Source: Babesia bigemina (lineage: Eukaryota). Taken from it: a stretch of 64,000 bases of DNA. Positions 1-12,590 of this stretch are shown here, piece by piece (the first letter of the stretch is position 1; each line of letters starts with the position of its first letter). The stretch is taken from assembly GCF_000981445.1 (NCBI RefSeq), contig NC_027217.1:2542001-2606000 (forward strand), written 5' to 3'. The translations under genes and the position numbers were made by a program. Below the pieces are notes generated by a model. That model was not told where the DNA came from. It saw only the letters and a program-made list of their open reading frames with translations, and ran no database searches.

Positions 1-316
1 CATCACGGCTTCCCGCATGTACGCCGCTTCGTCGGGGGACGTCTTACGCTTCAGCGCCAGAGCGTTGTAAAACTGCATGGGCGAGGGGTACGTCCACTCT
101 ACGCATAATTAGGTCTCATATTACCGACTCACTTTCTCCAGTATCCGCACGTGGTATCGACGACTGTTCACGGGTCCTGTCCAGTCCTCTAGCGGCGTCT
201 TCTAGAGCACGGTTCGGCAGCACCGGCATCATGTTCGCTTCGTTGACATCCAGCGGGCATGAATGGCTGCCTACATCCCCCGTAGCCAACCCGCTACAGG
301 CTTCTTTGCGATCCAT
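1..316 (-). CDS. Holocytochrome c synthase (cytochrome c/c1 heme lyase), 5' part; runs off the window
   Basis: Exon 1 MDRKEAC...SCP...REQSSIPR carries a CP heme motif. A 34-nt GT-AG intron (99-132) is followed by KWTYPSPMQFYNALALK, the conserved W.YPSP.QFYNA motif of heme lyases. Confidence 0.85.
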
Positions 317-854
317 GGTGGCTTATAATAGTGCGATTGACCACAAAATCGACGTGGTAGTCCACGATCACGTCAGACACATCAAACAGAACGGATGTGT
401 CGATGGGTGAAATTAACAGCAAAGCATTTTGGAGACGAATAATATGACAGTGTTGAGTTATGTGCCCATATGTGTAAGTATTTTCACGACGTATGTCAGA
501 CGACGGTTTGATACTCGGCTTCGGTGGGTCTACGCGCGCCCTCGACGTGCTTAAGAGGGGTGTAACTCTTCATTGCTGCCTGTTATACGCACTACAAGGT
601 TTCACTGGCAAATAGCGGCTGTTTACCGGGCGGATTCCACGCCAATAAAGGAGGTTGATTTGCCTGTCTCATGTGCGCGGTCATTGAGCTCTGAACCTTC
701 CGGCCGCTGGACTGGGACATCAACGTCAAGAATCTTTAGGCTCTGTTAGAGTGCCTATAACCGTAGAGCTATACCGCTCTGTAGGCCCTGTTCTGTCACC
801 ATTGCGTAGGAGCCGGTGCCTTTGCGCCACCTCTGTTACCCAGCACCTCTCACA

Positions 855-1577
855 ATGGCGAGGAATTCGGAGAAGGCGAACGCCATGCTCAACAGATGGC
901 TGCGTGTCAAAAGCGGCTTGTCGATGCACGACATCAACTTGATGCGGAGGCCTCGCCACACCTCGGAGGTGGAGGACGTGCGAACTGCCGAGCACTGGCG
1001 CAACCTGGTGGTCAAGGATGTCATGATCTCGATTTCGCGCATCCAGAACGCAAGCTTGGGCGAGTATGCGATCAGGGATCTCAACGATGAGATCAACCGT
1101 TTGATCGGTTTGCGCAAGCGCTGGGACGAGAGAGTCATCGAGTTGGGTGGACCGGATCAGCGTGCCCTCTCTTCCTCCATCGAGAATGCACATGGAGCTG
1201 AGCTAAAGGTGGGAGGCGGCGGTTACCGCTATTTCGGAGCCGCTAAGAACCTACCGGGTGTACGCGAACTATTTGAGAAGCAGGAGAGTGACCAGAGGAT
1301 GGCAGACACTTACGTGACGCGTGCAGAACTGTATCGCATGATAAATCCAGACTACTACGGTTTCCGTGACGACGAGGACGGGCATCTGTCCAGGGCAGAG
1401 GCGGAAATGGAGCGTTCGTTGCATCGAGCACACCTGGCTGAGGTGGGTGAATTAAACCTGGACCCAGCCGACCTGGAGCACGATGACCTAGAATGGGATG
1501 AGTCTCTTAGGGAGATAATTGCCGAATATCTGGATACTAAACCAAAACGTGTGGATCCGGGATTGGATACGGCCTGA
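855..1577 (+). CDS. ISY1: Pre-mRNA splicing factor ISY1
   Basis: Starts [15 protein letters not shown] at ATG 855. Contains [53 protein letters not shown] and [11 protein letters not shown], all ISY1 hallmarks. Confidence 0.95.
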   Translation: MARNSEKANAMLNRWLRVKSGLSMHDINLMRRPRHTSEVEDVRTAEHWRNLVVKDVMISISRIQNASLGEYAIRDLNDEINRLIGLRKRWDERVIELGGPDQRALSSSIENAHGAELKVGGGGYRYFGAAKNLPGVRELFEKQESDQRMADTYVTRAELYRMINPDYYGFRDDEDGHLSRAEAEMERSLHRAHLAEVGELNLDPADLEHDDLEWDESLREIIAEYLDTKPKRVDPGLDTA

Positions 1578-2342
1578 TCTAGGCAGTGCCGTGACCCCCT
1601 GTTTACGGTGGGTCAAGGCACCACCAAAACAGGGGGGCACATGGCACCGCCAATCGCATCATAACTACTATATTATCGCATTACCAACACATATAGCATC
1701 ACTTCCTCACGCGATTAGCTAATGTAGTCTTATCGGTATTTTTAGCTCTGGTCAGCATCCGTTGATGTAGTTTGCTCTTGCATACGCTTCGAGAAGTGCC
1801 ATAACCCTTTTGCAAAATGCGTATCGGTGGCTATATCAAGGCTTACAATATGTAGGTTTGCAAATGCTGGCTAGAACCGTGTCGTTCTTAATGTCTCCGA
1901 AATGCGTTCACCATTGTCAATATTCACCATGCCACCAGCCTGAACGCACCAACCGGCCGCAGCAGGCACCCCAACCATGTACTACGCCGATTAGGCTATT
2001 GTGGCATACAAACGGTTATCGTATTTTTGAAACATGGAAAACGTCTACACAGCTCTAAGTAATGGGCCGATCAAAATGGCCACGAAAGCTAGAGGTGAAA
2101 ATCGGAAAATAACTACGGCGTCCATCCGACGGCAACCATATTCCACGCCAGTGAACGCTTTTAAAAGAATGTTGTGTCATCAACAAAGCCATACCATGGC
2201 AGCTTGCAGGTCGTCCAGCGCAAGACACGCCTGGGGAGCATTGAGCAGGCACAATTTTGTACATAGCCCACACTTCAAATCATTACTCGCGCATGTTTCA
2301 CGCGCCAGGCCAATATTACGCGGCAATGTGCGCCGCACTCCC

Positions 2343-3384
2343 TCACAGTCCCTTGAGGTCGTACAATTCCGCAGGCACGTGCGGCCTGGTCCGCCTGAGC
2401 TCGTCGAGGATCTCCGGGTCATCCCACGGGCCGAAGTTAGCGGTCATCCAGTCCTCGTCCGGCCTGGTGCCGCCCAGGAAAATCGGCAGCTGGTCGTGGT
2501 CGACCAGCTCGAACACCAGCTGGCGCGACTCCGTCTTAGAAGAGATGACGCTGATCTTGGAGAGCGTCTTCGCGTCCAGCAGCGGAGACAAAATCTGCCA
2601 CAGCGCGGAGAACAGCGCGGAGGCGTTGATGAAGAGCAGCTTGCCGAGCATCTCGGGGTAGTAGTTCTGCGTCACCGACGACATGGCGGTGAGGAATGCC
2701 CGCAGCTTGGTGTTGATTTGCGATAGCGAGAAGCCGCGCAGGTCCACGATGGTGAGTAGCTGCTCCACAGGCTTGCCCAGCTTGAGGCTCGCTGCCGGCA
2801 TCATGACGTGCGTCAGGTACTCGTAGCGCTGGACGTAGTATCGCGTGAGCTGTTCCGTCGTCAAGTGCTGCAGCAGCTTTGTGCAGCTGCCCTGGCCCAT
2901 ACGCTCGATGTAGATGGGCCTGCCGAGACGGTCCACGCCGTGGTATCCGTGCGGAAAGAACTCACGCACACGGTCGCGGATGTAGGTGAGGTCGCTCTGC
3001 AACACTTTATCGGCGGCCGACGCGCTCACGTACCCGGATGATGGAGTCCACGTTCACCTCGAGACGCCAGCTGAAGTATTTGTTGAGCATCGCGCTCGTC
3101 TTATTGATGTCGAACTTGCGGGCGCGCAAAAACCTGCGAACAATGAGACAAATACGCGCTGCGCCTACCGGACGAAAAACAGGTCATCGAAAAGCTGCTG
3201 GTTGCCGCTGATGTGCATGGAGTAAAGGCTCCTAATCTCCTCCAGCCTCATGCGCTGCTCATCGTTTAAAGCGGAGACGAGCCCCTGCAGCTCCTCCGGC
3301 GTCTGTTCAGCATTAGTTTCGAGTCGGAGCTACCGCGCCCCGAGGCGCGGAACCTACCAAGTCGGTGGCGTTGTGCTTTCCCAT
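2343..3384 (-). CDS. Sec14-like CRAL/TRIO lipid-transfer protein (multi-exon)
   Basis: [47 protein letters not shown] and QLPIFLGG. Upstream exon fragment FLRARKFD. Probable ATG (MGKHNA) at 3384. Confidence 0.9.
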
Positions 3385-4182
3385 CTTGCGGGGCTCGTAA
3401 AAATAATAAAATAAAATAATGTAAAGTTACGAGGAAATGTGTAATGCATGGAGGCGTGCAGCCCCTTAAAGTTGTGCCGCCTGTAGTGCAGGGATTCCTT
3501 GCTCGACCAGAGGGACGTGCAGTACTACACATGTAGATCGTTAACACTATAAGTGACCTATGTGTAACATGGCAGGTGGCCCTAAGTGAACGAAAGATTG
3601 AATTTGACAGATTGTTGGCGTCCTAAAAAGGTCACCGCAGGCAAAAATTATGCTGTTGGCACTCTCACAACGGAGAGCCCATGGCTCATTACAGTCAGCT
3701 GAGTGCAATGCCCCGCTCCGAGCCACGACAGGGTGATACGTGAGCCACCCCGAGCGCCAGCCAGGTAAGTTTAAACAGCTGGGAACGTACAGGGTCCACA
3801 CGATGCTGCCACCCTAAGCGGGTGATGCCGTAAGTACCCCACGTATGATATACCGTATATTTGCAAATGCGATCGTGTCTACGCTCAATACGCAATGTAT
3901 ACACGAATTGGGCTAATAAGCTATTACGAGGCTCGAATTTTGCCATTCTTTTTCCTGGGATGGGATGGTCACATCCCTGCTTACCCCAGCAGCATGCGGT
4001 GCGGGTCGACGTTTTGACAGCTCGGTCTACTCCGATTTAGCACCATGGCGACGAAAACCGCGCTATATGGCAATACTTAACCCAAATGTTGGTAACAGCT
4101 CCCGCAGAATGTAATTTGGGAAGCGACGCACTGGTGTAACCAGGGGCCAGCGGTGAAGCGGCCTGACGTTGCATACTAATCA

Positions 4183-5706
4183 CTAACTTGTTAGGATGCG
4201 GAAAAACTGCACGCGGCCCGCACGGTTACCGACAGCCAAAGTGCTGAATCGCGATGCGAATGCCATGTCTGTCACGCGCCCGATGCCAACATTTTCTGTC
4301 GGCCAGTTGCCGACGACGCAGCCGCTTGGGTTGTGGATGATGCGCAAAGCGTTCTTCTTGTGCTCCGAGCCGTACGCGATAAATTTGCCGCTGTCGTCGG
4401 CCGCTATGCTGGTGATAGGGGTGGACAGGTTGCCGTAGCTCTTCAGGAGGGCGCGCTTTATGCACGACCGCTCCTCGTCGCCCTCGGCCGCTCCAGGCAG
4501 CAGCGGGAACAGGTTCAAGAAACCCATCTGTGACCCCGCTGCTACAAACGCGTGGCGACTGAACTCCTCGTGAGCACCTGGCGATATTGCGAAGCTAGTC
4601 AGGTGGAGTGAGTGGTCGTCCTTGAACTTGTGAACGCAGCGGCCGGTGGCCAAATCCCACTCATAAATCTGCACAGTATTACAGCACATGAGTTATTGAC
4701 CCACATTAGCGTCCTTGTCAGCCGTAATCACGACACCAGCGCGATAATGAAAACCGACCCCCTGCATTTAGATGGGCTCACGCCGTGACAGGGCTTACCA
4801 CTGAAACCGCGTTCATCTGGAAGTGGTGGATGATCGCATTGGAGCGCGCATCGCATAGCAAGACTCCGCCGTGGTCCGAGCAGCTCAGCGCGAACACAGA
4901 CGCCGCTTCATCGTCAGACGCGGGTGGAGTATGCACGCGGCTGTACCTGCTCTCGGTGCGGGGGTTGGTAAGACTCGAAATGCGTAACGTGGAGCTAACA
5001 AAATGTCAAACTGCGGAGATTGGCGACCTACTTTTGGTTCATGTCGTACTTCATCACGTTTTTTCGGTTCGTGACGAGGAGCATGCTCTTGCCCTCGTCC
5101 GAGAACGCGAAACTCGAAACGGCTTCACCAGAGGTGGCGGGAGAAGACATCTCGCCCTTAAGGCGGAAGTATTTACCCTCGCTGCGATGGCGATCCACCT
5201 CGTAGAGGAGGACCGACTTAGATCGGCGACCAAGCACTGCTAAGACGGAGCATCCTTGGTCAAAACCAACTTGAGCGATTCCCCCACTGCGAGTAAATAA
5301 AAACAAAGTTGTATCACTCACTCTACGGAGATGTTGAAGCGCGAATCGCCCTGTCGGTCTATGCGGAAACGCACTCCGGACGTGCGACTGCTGGGTTTCA
5401 CCTTTGCCAACTTCCCCGTCAAGGCGCTGGAGGCGTCTAGTTCGCCTTTGCCGTCGGTTTCCAACAGCTCACGACGACGCTTAGCCACCCAGTCAGGTTC
5501 AGATGTAACCGCAGAGCCGCCAAGGTCATCCTCCACGTCGTCATCGTCGTCCTTCCAAACTGGCATTGATGGCGCGGCCGTTTTATCGGCATCGCGCGGC
5601 TCAAAGTCGGCTTTGTTCTCACTGTCTACAAACAGTATAATGTGTCGAAACAATATGGCGTGCATAGAATTCGGGTGAGGGTTTCAGAGCACTAACCTTC
5701 TGCCAT
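4183..5706 (-). CDS. UTP18: WD40 protein, U3 snoRNA-associated UTP18-like (multi-exon)
   Basis: N-terminal PVWKDDDDD and PDW motifs. C-terminal NLSTPITSI...KKNALRIIHNPSGCVVGNWP...LAVGNRAGRV matches UTP18. Confidence 0.8.
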
Positions 5707-6546
5707 TGAGCACCGGAGCACGAGTATGAGCGACAGAAGCCAAACGGGCCGAATTTGCGAGCCTTCTAGAACATAGTCGAGCTTAGATGCTCTTGTGGTT
5801 GCGATAGGTAGGTAAAATTGTTGATAGTGACTATCGTTATCGGCGATTCAAGCGGCGCTGCGGATTGACCCGCGGCATCACACACGACGTGCAACCCACT
5901 GCCAGTATCACGCACGTTACACGATGTTTGTTCACCTGTAGTGGTAGTTGCATTTTGCGAGCTTACGTGCAGTTCTATGGCATTCAGCAACGTATATACG
6001 GTGGGAAAACAGATCGGCAGTGCGGATGATGCGCCTGCCTCGTGGTGAGCCTGTTGCTCCCTTTTGGGGAGGCAAACGCTTCCGGCAAAAGGAATATGTC
6101 ATTACTACGGGCAAATGTCGGTATGTACATGCGTTATGTGTGCTCGCTTTGTCAATAAAGTGGCCTATGGCTGATCCTACAGATGCTATTTGCCTGAGTG
6201 ACTGCTGTTGTACAGCTCCGTAAAGCGTAGACAATTTTCAGCAGAGACGCCAGAAATAGCGTTAAATGCGCTTTCTACGGCGGAGTACAGGACAAAAAAG
6301 TGGCTTACTCCACTTTCGCTCGTGTTACCAGTTGCAAGCACTGAGGTGGCACAATGCAGTACGGTACGTACCGTGGCGGTCGTATACCCCATGGCCAGAT
6401 GTCCTCTATACACGATACGTAGATCCACTATCTTATGCTGGTATCATACACGCCAAAGTTTCCCCATTAACAATTGCGTTTTCAGTGAAACGATATATAA
6501 AGCCACTACAGATTCAGTAGAACGAAGTTGAAAATATACATGCAAA

Positions 6547-6852
6547 ATGGCTGGAAAATTTGAAATGATCGCATGGATCTACATTGCAGTCTTCGGAGTT
6601 GCGGGACTCATCTTTCTGCTCTACCTCATAGTCCAATGCACCTCGTCATCACCACCAGGCATATGCAGCCACGCTGTAATATTGTCGGTAATCGTGATTC
6701 TTTGTGTTGGAGGTGGACTGCTGGTGTACGCGGACAAAGCTCGAGAATCGACGCCGCTAGTCGTGCAGAAAGCTGTTGACTATATAAATTCATTGGATAG
6801 TAGTGCGCCCGTAGCAAAAGCAGCGAAGGTGGCACATTTGAGGCAAGCCTAG
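6547..6852 (+). CDS. Small hypothetical membrane protein (101 aa, two hydrophobic segments)
   Basis: AAAATGG start context, clean ORF, two predicted TM stretches (IAWIYIAVFGVAGLIFLLYLIV; AVILSVIVILCVGGGLLVY). Confidence 0.6.
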   Translation: MAGKFEMIAWIYIAVFGVAGLIFLLYLIVQCTSSSPPGICSHAVILSVIVILCVGGGLLVYADKARESTPLVVQKAVDYINSLDSSAPVAKAAKVAHLRQA

Positions 6853-7033
6853 AAGACCCTACAACCTCGGTGTAGACTGCGTCGCTACAATATTTTGATG
6901 GGCAAACGCGTTGGAAATCTCGGATGATACGAAGGGAATCCACAATTCGCGACAATTGCTAATATACAACGAAGGTCATCCTTGAAACAACAAATGACTA
7001 GAAACCTATATTGCTTATAATATTTTCATACAT

Positions 7034-7467
7034 CTATCTATCACTGTTCTTCATGCGATGCCGATATATCCGCCTGGTGCCGTTTTCACTTTGCGTTATT
7101 TTGTCGTAAACATGTGGCTGAGGCAACGCTGCAACATCCACTTCGCTTGCTGCACGGTAAAAGCATACTTCACGCAAGGGTCATCAATTTCACAGTCTAT
7201 CCATAGTAACATTGTAGCTTTGGTTATGTTAAAAGGGTTGCCGATGGCCACTTTGCTGCGATCAACGAGACAAGGGTTTATGACAAAACACCTGTTGATA
7301 CCAAACACATCACATATATACGCTAACTTAAAAGGGTGCGATTTGTTGTATATCGCATACTTGACATAGTATAGATGGTGTCTAACGTGGGCTGCAACAT
7401 CGCCGTTGGCCCAATTCGCGTAAAACGGCCGGAAACGGTGGGCCAAAACAGGGAAATATAATCGCAT
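7034..7467 (-). CDS. Possible small spliced hypothetical protein
   Basis: 123-aa ORF starting MRLYFPVLAHRFRPFY. Plausible GT-AG introns join it to a final exon SEVDVAALPQPHVYDKITQSENGTRRIYRHRMKNSDR*. No family recognised. Confidence 0.35.
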
Positions 7468-7540
7468 ATATGTGCACGAATTTTAATCCGGTAGATAATC
7501 CGACCCGGTCATCGCAGTAAACGGTCGTACGAGTTGCAAA

Positions 7541-8906
7541 ATGCCGGGAAATGTCAGACTCGAGGCCTCAGGAGTTAAGCCAATCTTCGAAACGGAAGAG
7601 CACTCGTCCGGCCGCAAAGTCATCGATGAAATAAAGAACATCAAAATCAAGTTCATCAAAAACACAAGGTGCCACGCTATCGCAGAAATTGAGGGACTCA
7701 ACGTCACTATCGCAAACGCCATACGCAGGATTCTACTGGCCGAAGTGCCGACACTCGCCATAGAAAGCGTCCATGTGAGTGATAAAGGTTACACATCGGA
7801 TATAAGTTGCAGATATATCAGAACACCGGCGTCATCCAGGACGAAGTCCTTGCCCACCGACTAGGTTTAGTGCCGTTCGACTGCGACCCCGACCTGATCC
7901 CGTTTAGAAGTTAGTGGATACATATTCGGTCGCTCAGCAACGATCAGATATCGAAGATATCAGTGGAAAGAACAGCGTATGCTTCCATCTCAAAGTAAAG
8001 TGCACCCGAGCAGACTTGGGGGACAGGCCGAATCTGCCAAGTAAGTAACGCATTCTGAGAAGGTTGCGTGATATTTCTGAATATTTTCAAAATCGCTTCA
8101 CAACTATATATATGGTGGTTACATAAAGCGATTTGTGCGTTTAACGGGGAGCTATGAGTTTTTTGATGCACCAATTAACGTTCCATGCAGTTTACTCCAG
8201 GGACCTGAAGTGGGTCCCTCTGTCGACGGAACAGGCTGAGCTATTTAAAGATCACCCACCCAAACCCATACATGACGACATACTGCTCACCAAACTCTCG
8301 CCAGGGCAGGTGAGTGCACAGTATATCATTCGGCACGACCGTAGTGCGTAACTGCCGACGTAGAGAAGCGCATTGGTCGCGACGGCAACAGTCGAAAGTG
8401 TAGCTAACACCGTTGCAGGAAATCGACCTAAAGGCCTACCTCGAGAAGGGTATCGGGAAGACGCACGCCAAGTGGTCGCCAGTATGCACTGCTGTCTATC
8501 GCTTCAAGCCCGAAATCACCTTCTCGGAGGAGCCGCTTGACGCCAATGAAGTCGAGGAGCTCGTGCAAATATGTCCTATGGGAGTGTTCGGTGCCGAAAA
8601 CGGTGTGTTCTGCGATTCAAACGTACGCATCAATTACAGGGCGCATTACACAGATAAGGCCATACAACTGCACGTCGTGCCGCGCATGCGTAGAGAGGTT
8701 TCCCCGACGGGTAGTCATAAAGAAACTCTGCAACCACTTTATCTGTGAGTTGTTTGTTGCGTAACACACATGCCTCTCCAGTTTCGGTCGAGTCGACAGG
8801 AGCCGTGCCCAGCGGGAAGCTCTTCCTCAAGGCCATTGGCGTGCTTAAGGAAAAGACGCAAAAGCTGAAGCGACGCATGGCAGACACACTCAGTTACACG
8901 CTGTGA
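7541..8906 (+). CDS. RPC40: RNA polymerase I/III subunit AC40 (RPAC1/RPC40), multi-exon
   Basis: [52 protein letters not shown]...[20 protein letters not shown] and SVESTGA motifs. Confidence 0.93.
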
Positions 8907-9202
8907 AACCCATAGACAAGCAGCAAGCTGAAGGTTCTCGTCGCCAATAAGGGGGCACAGTTATGCGCTACGTGCCGCATCATCAGCCGCTGACCAACTG
9001 TCCTCGCGCCAACAAGCAGACTCAGCTACACCGGCGCATTCACCGACGTTCCACTGCAACTGAGTAAACCATTTTAAATCGCACTGATTATCAAGTCGAT
9101 GTATGTTGGGGCTGCCTCTGGGCGTAGGTGCTCGTCCCGACCTGGGGGCGCATGTGGCCTACACATGACGCAAAGGAAACCGACACGCGCACACCACGAC
9201 GC

Positions 9203-9808
9203 TCAGAGATCGTCAATGTCGAACTTGTCGTCGGCCTTGCCGTCTTCCTCCTCGGACTCAGACGAGACGTCCTGGAAGTCAATTCCACCGTCTCCCTCCT
9301 CGTCGTACAAGTCTGTTTCGTTGATCTTCGTAGACTCCGGCAGCTCGCCGTACGCCTTTAGCGAACGAGCCTCGTCGGGAGTGTACTTTGCGATTACGTC
9401 AGCCTTGCTGTCCTGGTAGTCGCGGAGGGACACCAGGATAATGTCACCGGCGTTCACCCACACCCTCTTACGCATCTTGCCCCTGCGCAGCATGGCGCCA
9501 ACCAAAAGCTACACCCACCTAATGTGGCAAAGACGCTTGTTACCGTCGAAACAGTAGGCTTCCAGGCGGCCGTTTCCAAGCATACGCAACACCTGGGCGT
9601 ACTCTGCGAACAGCTGAGTCGAAGCAGACAGCTAACACCCACCCTGGTCCTCCATCTTAAAGACTAACTCGCGCTTCTCGCCCTCATTGTCGTTCTTACC
9701 ACGACGGCGGTTTTTGCCTCCCTTTCCTACGGAACGTTAGAGCAAGAATCACGAGACACGGAGCTACCGTGACACCACGGCTGCACACCTACCCTTGTTC
9801 TTCGGCAT
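9203..9808 (-). CDS. EIF1A: Translation initiation factor eIF1A (multi-exon)
   Basis: [17 protein letters not shown]..., [48 protein letters not shown], acidic tail. Confidence 0.97.
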
Positions 9809-9965
9809 CCTGGCGAGTATACGTCTGCGTTAAATTTTGGGGACACGGTGCAGGCGCCGAAAGGCGAATTAAATGCTAGATAAGAGCGGCGTCGCACCCT
9901 GGTGGGGATAACGTCCACGGCGGGAATTTTAGGCAGAGATAAATTACAAAATGTGCGCCAAATAG

Positions 9966-11861
9966 CTATTGGTGGTAGGTTTTTTCGAGTTCGACCTGTT
10001 TCAGCCGCGCTTCGTGGATCATCTTCTCCTTCTGCACTAAGCGCGAGCATTGGTCCACCAGACCGATGAGCCTAGACACTGTGACAGGGCGGCGAGGAAA
10101 AACTTACGCTGCGATATCTTTGGACCACCCATTAAGGACCGCGTCCGTGCTTTTGCGCTCGCCGAACCGAATGATTCCAGCAGGGCGGTCGATCTTCGCA
10201 TGGACCGTCTTCGCGTGGACCATCGAGGAGATTTCTTCCTCCAGTTTCTGGACGAAATTGGCAAAGTGCGTGCGAAACGTACCGCGCAGTCCACGTTTAA
10301 TAGCTCAGACAGGCGTGCAAGCTGCACGTTCGTGTAGTACTTGCTCACGACAAGGATGTTGTGCTGGACAACCCGGTCGGACAGCGCGGCCAAGCGCACA
10401 TCGCCACCGGGGAGATTAGTGTCACTAAACACAGCGTGTGCCTTGACTGCGCTACCGATATCTTCTTCCAGCGGGAAGGGGATCAGGTTGTTGGAAAGGA
10501 ACTCCTTGAACAGCGCAGTGAGCATCGGAGTTTCCTTCATGTTCTTTTCCTTGGTCGCCAGTATGTCCTCACGGTACTTCACCGTGTCCTCAGAGATTGG
10601 CGATAATAGCAAAAACAGTAGCATGCACTCCATGTCCTGCACAAATATTAATACGCCATTGAATGTGGCAACTGAGATGATAGCGTTCCGCTGTCAACAC
10701 CATACACGCGTGGCAGCTGCGATGGACGCATTTGACACCTCTATCGCGCGTCACGGTGTAAAGCCAGTTATGTGTGTTCCTGAATGTGCCGTTAACTCAC
10801 CAGGATCCAGCCGGCGCCGCCCTGCTTAATGGAGGTGTCCATGCGCTTGTGGTACGCCTTTGCGATCTCGAAGTAGTCACCCTCATGCAGGTGGTACTGT
10901 ATCATGTACTCATAGTACTTCAGTTTGTGAGCACTGTACTCCTCGGCATCCAGCAGACTTTCGTTTATCTTCTTGCTCGTGATGTAAAAGCGCAGGTAAT
11001 CCTTGTTCAGCAGGTGCAAGCGCATCTGCTCCAACAGATAGCGCACCTTGTCCTGCTTAGGCAGCAAACCGAAGGTGTCGACCTGTTAAAGCTTTGTTGG
11101 GACATATCACTCATGCACAAACCTCCACGTTGTGGACGTCGTTAGCGGCGCCGGCAATGTCGCCCGACTCCTCCTTAATCCTAGCCAAGGTGAAGGCCAC
11201 CTCTGCCCTCTGGGTCTCCAGGTACATCTAAAAGAGGTTTTAATGCCAAATCCCGTGACTAACCTTTCCCAAGGTGATGTGGCTCAGAGTGTCGATCAGG
11301 TTCACCCTGGACTCCATGTCTGGGATCTCGACGATCCAACTCTTGGCCAAGTTCACCATGGCCGTGATGGCGACCTTCAGCTGACCGCGCTTGCGGGACA
11401 GCAGAATCAGGTAGTAGCTCACATTCGGCAGGTCGCGAATGTCGTAAAGCAGCTGAATGATGAAGGTACAGATGCGGGCGTTAGACGCTCCATCACGAGC
11501 CATGCGGCAGCGCTTCTCCACCAGCATCAGCTCCAGCAGGACTGTCTTTAGGAACTCAACATCACGGGTAGCGGTGTTCTGAGCATAATGAGTATTGTAT
11601 GCGATACGGCAGCTTGTAATGAAGGCGTAGGCGGCACACATACAACCCAAAAAGGAGGATAGAGTGTTGATAAAGTCACGCCATAGCACTTATAGCGTTT
11701 TAATAATACAGATGTGCTACTGTTAGGGAAAACAAACGTACTTTAAGCATGGATTCCACTATGTCCAGCGTCTTGCTGGCCAGGTCCGACAGGTCCTCAA
11801 GACGAGGTTCGTCCCTGAACGTCGAGTCCACCGACAGCAATTCCGAGACGGTGCTATCCAT
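9966..11861 (-). CDS. RPN5: 26S proteasome lid subunit RPN5 (PSMD12), multi-exon
   Basis: LMLVEKRCRMARD, LSRKRGQLKVAI, ITLGK|MYLETQRAE, VQVDTFG, RVVQHNILVVSKYY, AKIDRPAGIIRF; PCI domain. Confidence 0.92.
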
Positions 11862-12590
11862 TTTGTTTTAATGGAGCCGACCAAACCAAAAAATGGCAAT
11901 TGTTGGTGTAGCGCGAGGCGACGCTGCGGATGATGGACCCACAAACAAAGGTGTGGTCAACCACACCCCCCCGAAGCAGCCAGTGTTCAATTGTATAATA
12001 CAACGAGAGTATTTTAAAGAAATGTACTGGATGTGGTACGAGATTACACGTAGACGGGAATACGGTAGCCGAATGTGGAAGGGACGTATGTCTATAACAG
12101 CGTGACCAAAATTCCTTAGCCTAGCGTAATCGTATATAACGCTGTTTCGTATGATATCTGTGAGAGCCAATAAGTGTATGGCGCTGCTTAAGGCAAGGGT
12201 AGTGAATTAAAAGCGGACCGTAATTTTAACGCCTCTTTATAGCCAATGTAAGAGATCTTTTGAAACTCCATAAGGTAGCAAGGTCACTGCACAGGCGTCA
12301 AATAATGCTTCGTCAATTTATGGCGTGATGTGTGGGCAGCAGCGGGAGTATAACGACTATATCCCCGAAATGGTAATGTCGCTAGCCCATTAAGGCTTGT
12401 GGCTAATAGGGGTATCGATACACTATGTGTAGATATAGATAAAGTATTCTGAAGTGCCAGTGTGTTGTGTTTTGTACCGCCTAGGCGCTTTAGCGAGAAA
12501 TTTCCCACCTCCACACGCAGTCTGTCCACGGATTGTATCATTACACATAATAAAGCAGACGAGAACATCGCTCCTGAATTCCTCCAAATT

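Noticed and set aside
1575..1660. SECIS/selenocysteine decoding at the ISY1 UGA
   Set aside because: The hairpin lacks the AUGA/GA quartet and apical AA arrangement, and ISY1 appears complete at this stop.
6024..6177. Box C/D snoRNA-like ends (GGATGATG...CTGATCC)
   Set aside because: Box C is imperfect, the span is long, and no rRNA-complementary guide was recognisable.
11893..12105. 70-aa plus-strand ORF with good start context
   Set aside because: Starts about 30 nt from the divergent RPN5 ATG, inside its presumed 5'UTR/promoter; no recognisable motif.
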